This document shows, piece after piece, positions 31,663 to 41,070 of a stretch of DNA of 64,000 nt. Below the pieces are notes generated by a model. That model made no database searches and was not told where the DNA came from. It saw only the letters and a program-made list of their open reading frames with translations. The DNA comes from Verrucomicrobiota bacterium. GTDB taxonomy: Bacteria; Verrucomicrobiota; Verrucomicrobiia; Limisphaerales; AAA164-E04. The first letter of the stretch is position 1. Every line of letters begins with the position of its first letter. A program made the translations under genes and the position numbers. The stretch spans positions 2,432,001 to 2,496,000 of the forward strand of contig CP170459.1 of assembly GCA_047947115.1 (NCBI GenBank). Direction: 5' to 3'.

Positions 31663-32054
31663 AAACTCAGACAACAACCAAGGTGCGAGCCCTTGATTCG
31701 GTTCCCAAGGATTATCCGAGTCTCTGTTCCGGATATCCCCCGCGCCCCATTCATGATGATCATGAATACGCTGAAGCCCAAAAAGCCATATTTGAATTGA
31801 TAGGCTTTGAAGAACAGTTTACTCCCGATCAATCCGACTATCTGGAGGCAGTCAGTACCTTCATTGAGCAATATGATCAACAAACGATAAGTTGGCCTCG
31901 GAGAAACCCGAAGTCCATCCTGAAGTATCTCATGGCTGAGCACGCTATGAGTGGCGCCGATCTGGCAAGATACCTTGGCATCAACGAATCGATGGGAGGA
32001 AAAATCTTGCGAGGGGAAAGAAATCTGACTGTTGAACACATCCGCTTTTCTTGA
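31659..32054 (+). pseudogene. higA: HigA antitoxin copy, C-terminally truncated
   Basis: Close paralog of 33678-34112 ending HIRFS* instead of HIRFLSSKFSVSPELFIA. Confidence 0.8.
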
Positions 32055-32193
32055 TGAAGAGTGAGACGTATTGAGAATGTGCAACAGTTGCTGCAGTGTG
32101 CGGTTTTGTGCGGCAAGCTGATAATTTGGCCGCTTTACTTGGATGATTTTTTGAGTGTTGAATAAAGTTGGTGAGTTAGGCCATTGTTGGATT

Positions 32194-32388
32194 GTGTCAA
32201 AAATAAGGTCATTCAGAATTTATTCAAGCTTGGCAGAGGAGAACCAAGCCGAGTATCGGCGTCGGTCCCGGATGTCTCCTCAAGAACGAATGAATGAATT
32301 TGCCGTTCTTCAAGAACGTGCCTGGGGGAATGATTGGAGGACCAAGCCAATGGACCGAATAGCAACTTGGGAAAAGGTGGATTGGTAG
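32194..32388 (+). CDS. Small hypothetical protein, putative partner of the downstream nucleotidyltransferase
   Basis: SSLAEENQAEY...MSPQERM; stop 3 nt before the next ATG; start uncertain (32155 or 32194). Confidence 0.55.
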   Translation: MSKIRSFRIYSSLAEENQAEYRRRSRMSPQERMNEFAVLQERAWGNDWRTKPMDRIATWEKVDW

Positions 32389-32391
32389 GGT

Positions 32392-32868
32392 ATGACCACG
32401 TTGACCGAAGATATGGTCGAGTTCTTGGGGTTGCTCAAAAAGCACGGTGTGGAGTTCGTTTTGGTGGGCGGTCATGCTGTGAATTATTATGGATACGTGC
32501 GGACAACTCAGGATATTGACCTACTCATTTACCCTTCTCCGAAAAATGCTCAGTGCATGATGGCTGCTCTAAGCGATTTTGGATTCGGAGACGCTGGAAT
32601 TCCGGTGTCACTTTTTGAATCGACAGGAAGTGCCATTCATCTGGGTAATGAACCCAACCGCATTGATTTACTGACAGCGCTGAAGGGGATGAGCAATGAG
32701 CAGATATTCAAAAACAAAAAGCGCATACACTTGGGTTCATTGGAACTGGATATTATCGATTTAAATGACCTGCTCCAGATTAAGCGGCAATCAAGCCCTC
32801 TCAAAGATCAGGCTGATGCAGAAGAGATTGAAATATCAAAACCTGATGGAGACTCATATGATAGATGA
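32392..32868 (+). CDS. Pol-beta-superfamily minimal nucleotidyltransferase
   Basis: VLVGGHAVNYYGYVRTTQDIDL (GG...DxD), RIDLL, K...KDQAD. Confidence 0.82.
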   Translation: MTTLTEDMVEFLGLLKKHGVEFVLVGGHAVNYYGYVRTTQDIDLLIYPSPKNAQCMMAALSDFGFGDAGIPVSLFESTGSAIHLGNEPNRIDLLTALKGMSNEQIFKNKKRIHLGSLELDIIDLNDLLQIKRQSSPLKDQADAEEIEISKPDGDSYDR

Positions 32869-33008
32869 TCCGATCGTTGCCGAAGATCGACAACATAGAG
32901 CAGTCATACTTAATGGATTTGATGGAGGGTGGTTAGATCTAACTTGTTTATGGGTACAGCCCGCCTCCGCTTAAAGCTCCGGCGAGGCAACTTTCGCGGT
33001 GAGAAAGT

Positions 33009-33034
33009 TGGTGGAGGCGTCGGGAGTTGAACCC
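33009..33034 (-). repeat. att site: copy of the tmRNA 3' end (25/26 identical)
   Basis: TGGTGGAGGCGtCGGGAGTTGAACCC versus 63055-63080. Confidence 0.9.
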
Positions 33035-33351
33035 TATAAGACCTTTCAAGACGAAGTATCCTTCCTTCGCATCCTTGCATGACTACAACACCTTACACGT
33101 TCATTCTCCAAAATCCACCATGCACCGTCTTGAACCATCATGAAAAAAATCTGTGCGGTTTTGTGCGGCAAATTTGGGAAGCTTTGGTTCAGATAGATCC
33201 AACCAACAGTTTTCGGTAAATTCTTATATGAGTGATCAAATGTTTGTTGGCGGGATCAAATCCATCTATTTGATTCGTCATTACTGATTCTCACTCGGGG
33301 AAGTCAAACATTGGCGAATTGGCGAATAGTCCAATATTGACTTTGAGATGA

Positions 33352-33681
33352 ATGCGGGACAAATTGTCCTTGTTGAGGATCATAACGGAAAAAGCACTCA
33401 AGGAATGGTCGTTGAAGCATGCCCGTGCGAAAGTATCTCTCGCAAACTGGGTTCGTGTCGTGAAACGCTCAAGTTGGAATACTTTGGTCGACATTCGTGC
33501 CACCTTTCCTTCAGCCGATCAGATATCTGTAGGCAGCGGACGGTCCGTCATCATCTTCAATATTGCCGGTAATCAATTTCGGCTTGTTTGTGCGGTGCAT
33601 TTTAGAACGAAAATGGTATTCGCTTTGAAATTTATGACACATTCAGAATACGACAAAATGTCTTGGAAGAACGAACTATGA
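33352..33681 (+). CDS. higB: Type II toxin HigB (RelE-like mRNA interferase)
   Basis: RIITEKALKEW...FPSAD...IFNIAGNQFRL...THSEYDK; real start may be TTG 33373. Confidence 0.92.
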   Translation: MRDKLSLLRIITEKALKEWSLKHARAKVSLANWVRVVKRSSWNTLVDIRATFPSADQISVGSGRSVIIFNIAGNQFRLVCAVHFRTKMVFALKFMTHSEYDKMSWKNEL

Positions 33682-34112
33682 AAACTCAGACAGCAACCAA
33701 GGTGCGAGCCTTTAATTCTGTTCCCAAGGATTATTCCTGCCTTTGTTCCGGATATCTTCCGCGTCCCATTCATGATGATCATGAATACGCTGAGGCCCAA
33801 AAAGCCATATTCGAATTGGTAGGTTTTGAAGAACAGTTAACTCCGGATCAAACTGACTATTTGGAGGCAGTTAGTACGTTCATTGAGCAATATGATCAGC
33901 AAACGGTAAGCTGGTCTAGGAGAAATCCGAAGTCCATCCTGAAGTATCTCATGGCAGAGCACGGTATGAGTGGTGCCGACCTGGCAAGATCTCTTGGCAT
34001 GAACGAATCGATGGGAGGCAAAATTTTGCGAGGGGAAAGAAATCTGACTGTTGAACACATTCGTTTTTTATCAAGCAAGTTTTCTGTTAGCCCTGAGCTC
34101 TTTATTGCCTGA
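33678..34112 (+). CDS. higA: Type II antitoxin HigA (HTH)
   Basis: ATGA overlap with higB; PRPIH...LKYLM...ILRGERNLT...F-x-V-SPELF. Confidence 0.92.
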   Translation: MKTQTATKVRAFNSVPKDYSCLCSGYLPRPIHDDHEYAEAQKAIFELVGFEEQLTPDQTDYLEAVSTFIEQYDQQTVSWSRRNPKSILKYLMAEHGMSGADLARSLGMNESMGGKILRGERNLTVEHIRFLSSKFSVSPELFIA

Positions 34113-34326
34113 GATCAGTTCTATTGAAAAAAGCTCCATAAACTTAAAATTGAGTAAGAATTCATCCGCTTTTCTTTATGATGAATGAGATAGATTGAGT
34201 ATGTGTAACAGTAGCAGGAGTGTGTGGTTTTTGTGCGGCAAGGTGAGTGATTTGATCTAACTCGTTGATGGATACAGCCCGCCTTCGCTTTAAGCTGCGG
34301 CGAGGCAAATTTCGCGGTGCGAAAGT

Positions 34327-34351
34327 TGGTGGAGGCGGCGGGAGTTGAACC
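34327..34351 (-). repeat. att site: exact 25-bp copy of the tmRNA 3' end
   Basis: TGGTGGAGGCGGCGGGAGTTGAACC identical to 63055-63079. Confidence 0.93.
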
Positions 34352-34850
34352 TGCTGCTTCGTGTTCGTTAACATTCGGGATGACGCACATTACTTTCTTT
34401 TTTACAACGTATTATGATTGTTTTCCTTAAAAGCCAGCACGAACCATTACGCAGTAAACGCGAAACATTTCGTGTCAAGTATTGTCAAGTGACCACCTTC
34501 GATGGATGATTATCGAATCTCCAAGAGTCGGTGTATTGCATCATCTTCACATACGAAAAGCAGCTTAATTTTTGTTGCGATGAATAAACAGGAACGACAG
34601 GATAGAAACGTTCCCCTGAATACGATGAGGGCAATAACAAAACAGAGGACCAGTAAGAGTCCGAAACCTCGGTTTTCAAAAACTTTATTTGATAGCATCA
34701 TCTTCCTTTTACTCGCACTAGCCTATGTTGTTGGAGCTTGATCAACGAGCTGAAATTGCCCCAATAATTCAGCCAGAGTTTGGGATTAATTCTCCCACTA
34801 CTCGACGGAATCGCCGAGATACTGTGCCTCTGAGCCGTTGGTTTTTAACC

Positions 34851-35900
34851 TTAATTTGTATTTTGAGGTACGACCCCAACGGCTCCTCCCCCAACACATC
34901 GCATGTCGCTCAAAGGACGAGTCGTTTGGTCGTGATAGTGCCGCACGCCGCGCTGCATCACCACTTGCACACGGCGATCCTTCGCGGTGGCTCGATAGAA
35001 GGCCGCGTTGAAGCCGACTCCCAAGGCGCTGAAAGCCCATTGCCCGGTTTCACCCGTGATGAAATCCCCCGTCACGCCGTGCTGGACGGGCCGCTGGCCG
35101 ACTTCAAACGAGAATGGCGGATTGCCATGGTAGTTGAAATCGACCGAGGTGCCCGGCCATGTCTCTTTGATATACCGTTCCAGCTCCGTTTCGAACGCAG
35201 CGCTGCTGTCATAGCGGAACTCCATTATCTTTTCCCAGTCCGCATCCCAACGCATCGCCCTGGGCATCTCATGACCGTGCTGCTCCTTGAACTTGGTCTG
35301 ACAATGATCGCACCAGCAACCATAAGGCGGCCCGAATCCTTGATCGACCATGTCGAGGTGAAAGCCGTTGATGCCATACGTCATCATCTCTTCTAGCAAA
35401 CCCTTCACGTAGCCGATGTAAGGCGAATTGAAACAGACGCGCTCGATGGGATTGCCCTCCTTGTCGCGCATGCGCCAGTCTGGATGCTCACGCAAGGTGT
35501 GTGTCGGATATTGCAAGACACAATAGGCGATCACCGGCATCTGATGTTTCTTCGCTTCCTCAACCGTTTCGCGCAGGACATCACGTTCACCCAAGCCAGG
35601 CGCCTTGGGCTGCAGTCTGGAGTCGTAGTACGTGTAGACGCCATCGCGAGCCCAGATGACCATGTAGTCGCAATGCGCGGCGGCGGCGCTCTCAATACAC
35701 TCGCGTCCGTTGAATCGGGCCACGTATCCCACGTCGGCCATGTCGCTGCCGAACTGCGCGCCAGTGGGCCCGGTTTCGATGCCGACCAAGGCGCGCTCGA
35801 ACCAGGGCGTCTTCTGAGCAGCTAGTGGTGTCATCACAACGCTGTGTAGTGCTAGAGCGAAGACGAAGAGTCGTTTGGTGGTCATCGGAAGGAATGGCAT
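34851..35900 (-). pseudogene. Secreted glycoside-hydrolase-like protein (GHL6/alpha-fucosidase-like TIM barrel), probably 3'-truncated
   Basis: Signal peptide, RDVLRETVE, HPDW, CFNSPY, GFHLDM, CWCDHCQ; breaks into unrelated AT-rich sequence after RPLSDMR (~34897). Confidence 0.65.
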
Positions 35901-35903
35901 TGA

Positions 35904-37940
35904 CTAAGGCTTTAAAAGCGCCCTTAAGGAGTCAAGATCGGAAACTTTTGATGAGGGATCGAATGCATAGGCGCGCTCCTCTTGCATCAACTCGGCATGC
36001 TTCTGTGCCAGGCGTTGGCGTAGCCCGGGATTTGCGGCAGCGACATAGACGGCGGCAACGTCGATGCGATCGTTGATCTGTAAGGCATCCGGTGCGAGCG
36101 TGAATTCGACCTCGTGAACACCATCGGCATCGACTCGGAAGACTTCCTCCGGTTTCGAAGGATAGCCAGGCAGTCGGAAGGTGAGCGCAGCTTGTCTTGG
36201 GGTGAATTCGAAGGTGTTGGTATCATTGTCAGGGCTGTAGGCGAGATCGTTGGCAAAGAAGAGTGCTCCTTCCTTGCCGGTGATCGACGAGAGATCCCAG
36301 TCGAGTTTGCCTTCGTTGAGGAGGCGCTTGTATTCATAGGCGTCGCCTTCAATGACGAGTGGTGCGATTGTCAGGGCAACGCCGTTTACTCGCGTGATCG
36401 GATCGATGAGATCGGGAAAATTCACCAAAGATTTGAGACTAAGATTGAACCAATAGATCGATGTGATGCGATTGGCGAGACCGTGATAAGCTTGAGCGGC
36501 CAGTTCATCGGGAGTGGGCGAAGCGCGCTCGCGGGAACGTGTTCGCCAGCCATCGTGAGCACCCTGCGCCCAGTAGGCGATGGGGCGCGGACGATTCAGA
36601 TCGCGCAGGCTCCGCGTCATGTCGCCAATGGTTTCCAGCGGCGCGCCCCATGAAATCGATGCGCCGCCCCAGCGATCGTAGCTCCGCCATGAATCCGCCG
36701 CCGGTGCCGTGACCCGATAAGCGTCGTAGTGAGGGTAGTCGGAAAGGCCCGCATAGTAGCGCCAAACGCGTTCTTCACTATGCGTGACCGTGGTCGCCAA
36801 ACGCGTCTTTTGATAGGGTTCGAAGGCTTTCCATACCTCCTGGGGCGGGACGGGTCTGCCACCACCATATTGAGGTTCGCCGAGGAATTCCACCGCGTGG
36901 ATCTGTGGGAGCATGGCATCAGCATCGTAGCGCTGGAAGTTTGCCAGACGATTGAAGCGTTTGATCGGATACTGCGCGTAGAGTTCCGCGTTGTCCGTGT
37001 AGCCACCCACTTCTTCGATCTGCCCGGTGTTGATGTGCATGCGCTTCAAGGTCTTCAGGTAGGGCAACATGGTTAGGGTATTCTTCCCGTCGATATCCGA
37101 AGCCACCCAGCCGCCGCTTAGATCAAAGGCTTCACGCTTGATGCGCAAATAGGCCCACAGGGAGAACGATGTCTCGTCTGCCCGCGCGCATTCGACTTCG
37201 ATCGCCGTGTAGGTGAGTGGCAATGGATCGGTCTTGGCGACAAAGCCTCCCTTGTCTCCCTTCGTGACGATTCCATTCTGCGGAAACAGATCCAGCGCAT
37301 TCAACCAAGGCTGGGGCAGGAGTGCGAGGAAGTCTGCCCCCTCCGCTGGCAGCCAAAACCGACAACGACGGATACTGATATCGGCTCCCGTGTGATTCGC
37401 TAGATGAACGAAGACTTTGTCAGGATGTATCGAATCACTGCTAGAGTCAAAAGTGACCGCCGAGAGCCACGCGTTCGCTGCGGTGAGATCGAGATCGACT
37501 GACGTTGTCTCAGGCCCGGTTCCGAGCGTGAGGCGATGCGATGAGCCTGCGGCCCACTTGCTTCCGCGGCTGTTGAATGACCAGACAGTCAGGGCGCCCG
37601 GCGGCACGCCACACGGCAGTCCATCCCGCGCGGAAGGGGTGTCATGCCAGGCCCATTCGCCGCTTTCCAGCAATTCACTTGGGCGTTCTTCATCAAACCG
37701 ATACTCCAGATCGGACGTGAGTTGCCAGGGCACTTCGCCGACATTCCTCAGGAAGATTTCCACCTTGGCCCCCATCTCCGGATCCGGAGCCCGGCGATAA
37801 CGCATGTTCGGAGACTGCACATGCGGGACGACGTTCAATCCAGCAAGGGTCACGGTTTCTCCGTGCAGAGACGAGTGGCCTGACAAATGCAGACTGATGA
37901 GATAGGCGAAAAGGAAAATCGGTGCGGAGGGCAACTTCAT
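35904..37940 (-). CDS. Secreted hypothetical protein, possibly glycoside-hydrolase-like
   Basis: ~680-aa ORF with signal peptide; GEPQY, DYPHYDAY, YWAQG motifs; 3 bp from the GH-like gene. Confidence 0.65.
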   Translation of the reverse strand: MKLPSAPIFLFAYLISLHLSGHSSLHGETVTLAGLNVVPHVQSPNMRYRRAPDPEMGAKVEIFLRNVGEVPWQLTSDLEYRFDEERPSELLESGEWAWHDTPSARDGLPCGVPPGALTVWSFNSRGSKWAAGSSHRLTLGTGPETTSVDLDLTAANAWLSAVTFDSSSDSIHPDKVFVHLANHTGADISIRRCRFWLPAEGADFLALLPQPWLNALDLFPQNGIVTKGDKGGFVAKTDPLPLTYTAIEVECARADETSFSLWAYLRIKREAFDLSGGWVASDIDGKNTLTMLPYLKTLKRMHINTGQIEEVGGYTDNAELYAQYPIKRFNRLANFQRYDADAMLPQIHAVEFLGEPQYGGGRPVPPQEVWKAFEPYQKTRLATTVTHSEERVWRYYAGLSDYPHYDAYRVTAPAADSWRSYDRWGGASISWGAPLETIGDMTRSLRDLNRPRPIAYWAQGAHDGWRTRSRERASPTPDELAAQAYHGLANRITSIYWFNLSLKSLVNFPDLIDPITRVNGVALTIAPLVIEGDAYEYKRLLNEGKLDWDLSSITGKEGALFFANDLAYSPDNDTNTFEFTPRQAALTFRLPGYPSKPEEVFRVDADGVHEVEFTLAPDALQINDRIDVAAVYVAAANPGLRQRLAQKHAELMQEERAYAFDPSSKVSDLDSLRALLKP

Positions 37941-38038
37941 GAAAATGCTGGTAGGAGTCTCAACGAACCGTCTAGGCAGTCTTGGAGCGTTTGGCAATAT
38001 GAAGAAGATCGGCGGCTGGCTGCAGGAAGGGCATTTGG

Positions 38039-38298
38039 CTAGCGGGATGTAAATCTTTGACGTTGTAAGATTGAGGTGGCGTTGGCCGGATCACGGGCCA
38101 TCGTTTCGATGGCCTGGGGGAGGCTGGGGTAGCCTGCGTGACCCAAAGGTGCCAGCAAGGCGCACCGGATCAGGGCCAACGCTCGCACGGCGTTGGGCGT
38201 TTACAGATGGCGATGAATTGTTGTGCGAAGGGAAACGCCACGGATTCCGCTTCGATCTCGCATAGGCTTAGATGGCGTTCTTTGATGCGGCCGTGGCC
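38039..38298 (-). pseudogene. ISAs1-family transposase relic with internal deletion
   Basis: Manual translation GHGRIKERHLSLCEIEAESVAFPFAQQFIAI, then in another frame NAVRALALIRCALL...LPQAIETMARDP...*. Confidence 0.55.
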
Positions 38299-38299
38299 G

Positions 38300-39619
38300 T
38301 CATGGGTTTCTCACTGTCCGCAGCGCCTTGATCTCGGCGGCGCCCCCCGCCACGCACAGGCTTTCGATGCGCAGTTCCTGCTCCGCGTTCCCGTCCAGGA
38401 CGGGCTCGATCTCCAGCACGTGGGGAACGCTCGCGTCGAGGTTGTCCACGATGGTCTTGTGGTAGTTCCAGTTGCCATTGAAGCGTGCGGAGGTCATGTC
38501 GTAGAGGTCCGTCGGTTCCTTCTGGCCATCCGGCATGTAGGTGTGCGGCTTGCCGTCGATGCGGATCCGGTACTTCCCGGAGTTCAGGGTGGCCTCGCCG
38601 AACACCATCACGAAGGAAGCCCGCACCTCGAAGCGGAGCGTGGCCGGGGTCTGGGGGACTGATTCCTCGTTTCCTTCCGCGTTCCTGACCCGCTTGCGAT
38701 TCGAGGCGATGAGCAGCCGGTCCAGCCAGCGCGACATCATCTGGTCGTGGCAGGCGCCCGTGAGGTGCGGCTTGCCTTGCGTCCACCCTGAGGGCAACGC
38801 GTCGGACGGAAGCAGGTCCGCGAGCACGGCGCGCCGGTTGGTCATGAAGAGGCTGTCGTGCAGCATCTTCTCCGGCACCGCGCACACGGCGTTTTCGCGC
38901 ACGCCCTTCTCGAAAGCGGCGAAGGCAGCGTCGGCAAAGAGTTGGTAGCCAGCGTCGCCGGGATGCACGCCGTCAGTGTCCCAGATGCGGTCTAGCGTGA
39001 TCTCCTTCTTGCGGACCCGTTCGATGACCAGCGCCGCGGCGTCGCCGGCGGGGACGCCGTAGGCAGCGGCGATTTTCAGGCGCTGCGTCAGGCCTCCGAG
39101 GTGCGCGGTCGTGCCGCTCTCCAGGCCCGTCTCGATCTCCCACTTGAAAGGAAACATCACCGCCACCACCGGCGCGTGGCCGTCGCCGATGATGCGCCGC
39201 AGGAGGGACTCGTACGACGCGAACACGAGGGGATTCCCGGCCCAGTTGTCGTCGTTCGCGCTGAAGTCCAGGAACACCAGATCCGGCTTGCGCGCCAGCA
39301 CGTCGCGCTCGAGGCGGAAGACGCCCAGCAAGGACGGGGTCCCGCCGATGGCGGCGTCATAGCACTGGAAGCGCGCCTTGGGATAGCGCGCCTCCAGCAG
39401 TTTCTTCGTTTGTGCGCGGTAGGAGGTCAACGCCTGGTCCGTGGCGTTGGCCCCCCACGTCAGCGAGGCTCCGAAGAAGACGACATTGAGGGATTCGCCC
39501 GCCCTGGCTCGTGCATCGAACCCGGCAAAGGAACCGCGCTGGGCTTCCGCCGCCAGGGCCGTTGACGCCGTGAGGACGGTTGCGGCTATTGCTGATAGGA
39601 CTCTCCGGGTTGTGCTCAT
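38300..39619 (-). CDS. Secreted SGNH/GDSL hydrolase (carbohydrate-esterase-like)
   Basis: Blocks FGASLT, AAIGG, DFSAND, DGVHP; signal peptide from ATG 39619. Confidence 0.85.
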   Translation of the reverse strand: MSTTRRVLSAIAATVLTASTALAAEAQRGSFAGFDARARAGESLNVVFFGASLTWGANATDQALTSYRAQTKKLLEARYPKARFQCYDAAIGGTPSLLGVFRLERDVLARKPDLVFLDFSANDDNWAGNPLVFASYESLLRRIIGDGHAPVVAVMFPFKWEIETGLESGTTAHLGGLTQRLKIAAAYGVPAGDAAALVIERVRKKEITLDRIWDTDGVHPGDAGYQLFADAAFAAFEKGVRENAVCAVPEKMLHDSLFMTNRRAVLADLLPSDALPSGWTQGKPHLTGACHDQMMSRWLDRLLIASNRKRVRNAEGNEESVPQTPATLRFEVRASFVMVFGEATLNSGKYRIRIDGKPHTYMPDGQKEPTDLYDMTSARFNGNWNYHKTIVDNLDASVPHVLEIEPVLDGNAEQELRIESLCVAGGAAEIKALRTVRNP

Positions 39620-39677
39620 TATGATTTGTTTTCGAATGTCACGGTTGGTGTTCGATTCTATTACTGCCACGCGTTGC

Positions 39678-41003
39678 CTACTTCGCAGGCACCTCGCCGC
39701 ATCGGTAAATTTTCGTGCTCAAGCTCATCGGCTGGGCGAAAGTGCCGGCTTTCAGTGTGAAGGTGATTCCCCCATACCAGTCGAACGCGCCGAGCGACTC
39801 GGGAATGGCGCATGTGAACTCGCCATTGTCTCCCGGAACGGCTTCGAGGCGGGCCCAGTGGCGGGCGTCCCAGCCGCACGGCTGGTCGGGAAGCCAGCTC
39901 ACATAGAACCAGCCCGCAGCACGGTCAGGGCAGTTCTTCACGGTGAACTTGAGCACCTTGCCGTCGCGCGGCACAGCCACGGCGTTCGGCTCGGGGAGGG
40001 GAGGACTGCCGCCCGCGAGCACGTGCGCGAAGAACGCAGGCTCGATCTCGGCGTTGATCGGGTAATCCCAGCGCACCGGCCCGCCCGGCAGCGACATGTA
40101 GTGGCTCTTGTTCGGACCGAAGCAGAGGTACTTGCCGGCAGGGATTGCGTCGAGCGTTGCCATCACCGACGGCGGCTTGAAGAAGATGTCGTTCGCGCTG
40201 CTGTACATCAGGTAGGTGGCACGACAGCGATTGAGTCTGGTGCCCGCGTCGAAGCATTTCAGCCAGGTGTTCCGATCCGCCTCGTCCATCTCCTTCAGCG
40301 CGCTGGAGCCAATCGCGTCGAGTTGATAGAATCCCGAGCCATACAGGTTAAAAGTGCCTTTTACGCGTTCGTCGAGGAGGCCGGAGAGCATGGTGACCAT
40401 GTAGCCGCCCCAACTGATGCCGGTCATGCAGAGCTTCTGCGGGTCCACGTCGGGCTGGGCTTCGAGGAGGTTGAACGCCCGCAGGCCCGCGGTGACCGCG
40501 TCGAAGAGCACGCAGACGTAGGGCGTGGGCTTGGGGGGGATGATCTGGTCGGCGCCGAACTGCATCTTGGTGACGCGGCTGATGCTGAGCATCTTGTCGT
40601 TGGCGCCGTAGCCGGGGAGGTCAGGGGCGATCGCCACGTAGCCGAGCTTCGCCCACGCGATGGGGCTGCCTTCACCGGCCATCCCGCCGCCACCGTGGCA
40701 CACGAGCATGCCGGGCAACTTCTGACCGGCAGTATTCTCAGGCCGGGCAATGATGGCATAGATCTCGCAATCCTTGACCTCGCCCTCCTTGCTGCCTTCG
40801 GCGCTGGCGAACCGCAACTTCGTCACCTTCACGCCGTCTGTGGTTTCCTCCGAGATCACCGTCGTGACCTTCGGCACGCCCGTCGCGTAGGGGGCGAAGA
40901 GGTCGTCCTTCTCCAGCGCCGGCGCCGGTGCGGCGGCCACACATTTCACGAGGAAAAAGAGAATCCCAACGGAAACTACTGCATCACGAATGGTTGTTCT
41001 CAT
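39678..41003 (-). CDS. Secreted alpha/beta-hydrolase (acetylxylan-esterase-like)
   Basis: CHGGGG, GISWGG nucleophile elbow, ANDIFF, KSHY; signal peptide. Confidence 0.85.
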   Translation of the reverse strand: MRTTIRDAVVSVGILFFLVKCVAAAPAPALEKDDLFAPYATGVPKVTTVISEETTDGVKVTKLRFASAEGSKEGEVKDCEIYAIIARPENTAGQKLPGMLVCHGGGGMAGEGSPIAWAKLGYVAIAPDLPGYGANDKMLSISRVTKMQFGADQIIPPKPTPYVCVLFDAVTAGLRAFNLLEAQPDVDPQKLCMTGISWGGYMVTMLSGLLDERVKGTFNLYGSGFYQLDAIGSSALKEMDEADRNTWLKCFDAGTRLNRCRATYLMYSSANDIFFKPPSVMATLDAIPAGKYLCFGPNKSHYMSLPGGPVRWDYPINAEIEPAFFAHVLAGGSPPLPEPNAVAVPRDGKVLKFTVKNCPDRAAGWFYVSWLPDQPCGWDARHWARLEAVPGDNGEFTCAIPESLGAFDWYGGITFTLKAGTFAQPMSLSTKIYRCGEVPAK

Positions 41004-41070
41004 GGTTGTTTGCTGCTAAGTACTGTCTCTAAACAATGTCGTGAAGAACACTCGAACAAGGTGTGGTGGC

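Larger units (their letters stand above)
33035..34326. mobile_element. Integrase-less mini-island (element B) carrying higBA
   Basis: Bounded by two tmRNA 3'-end copies; TGTGYGG tandem repeats at 33152-33170 and 34221-34240. Confidence 0.75.

Noticed and set aside
32097..34351. Spaced repeats as a possible CRISPR array or integron attC sites
   Set aside because: Spacing is ~1 kb and irregular, no cas or intI gene; they are explained as tmRNA att copies and arm-like sites
33009..34351. att copies as tRNA genes
   Set aside because: Only the T-loop and 3' acceptor strand are present; no D arm, anticodon arm or 5' strand
34510..34701. 63-aa ORF with RGFGLLLVLCFVIALIV resembling a prepilin N-terminus
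   Set aside because: Lacks the conserved Glu+5, is short and AT-rich; cannot be supported
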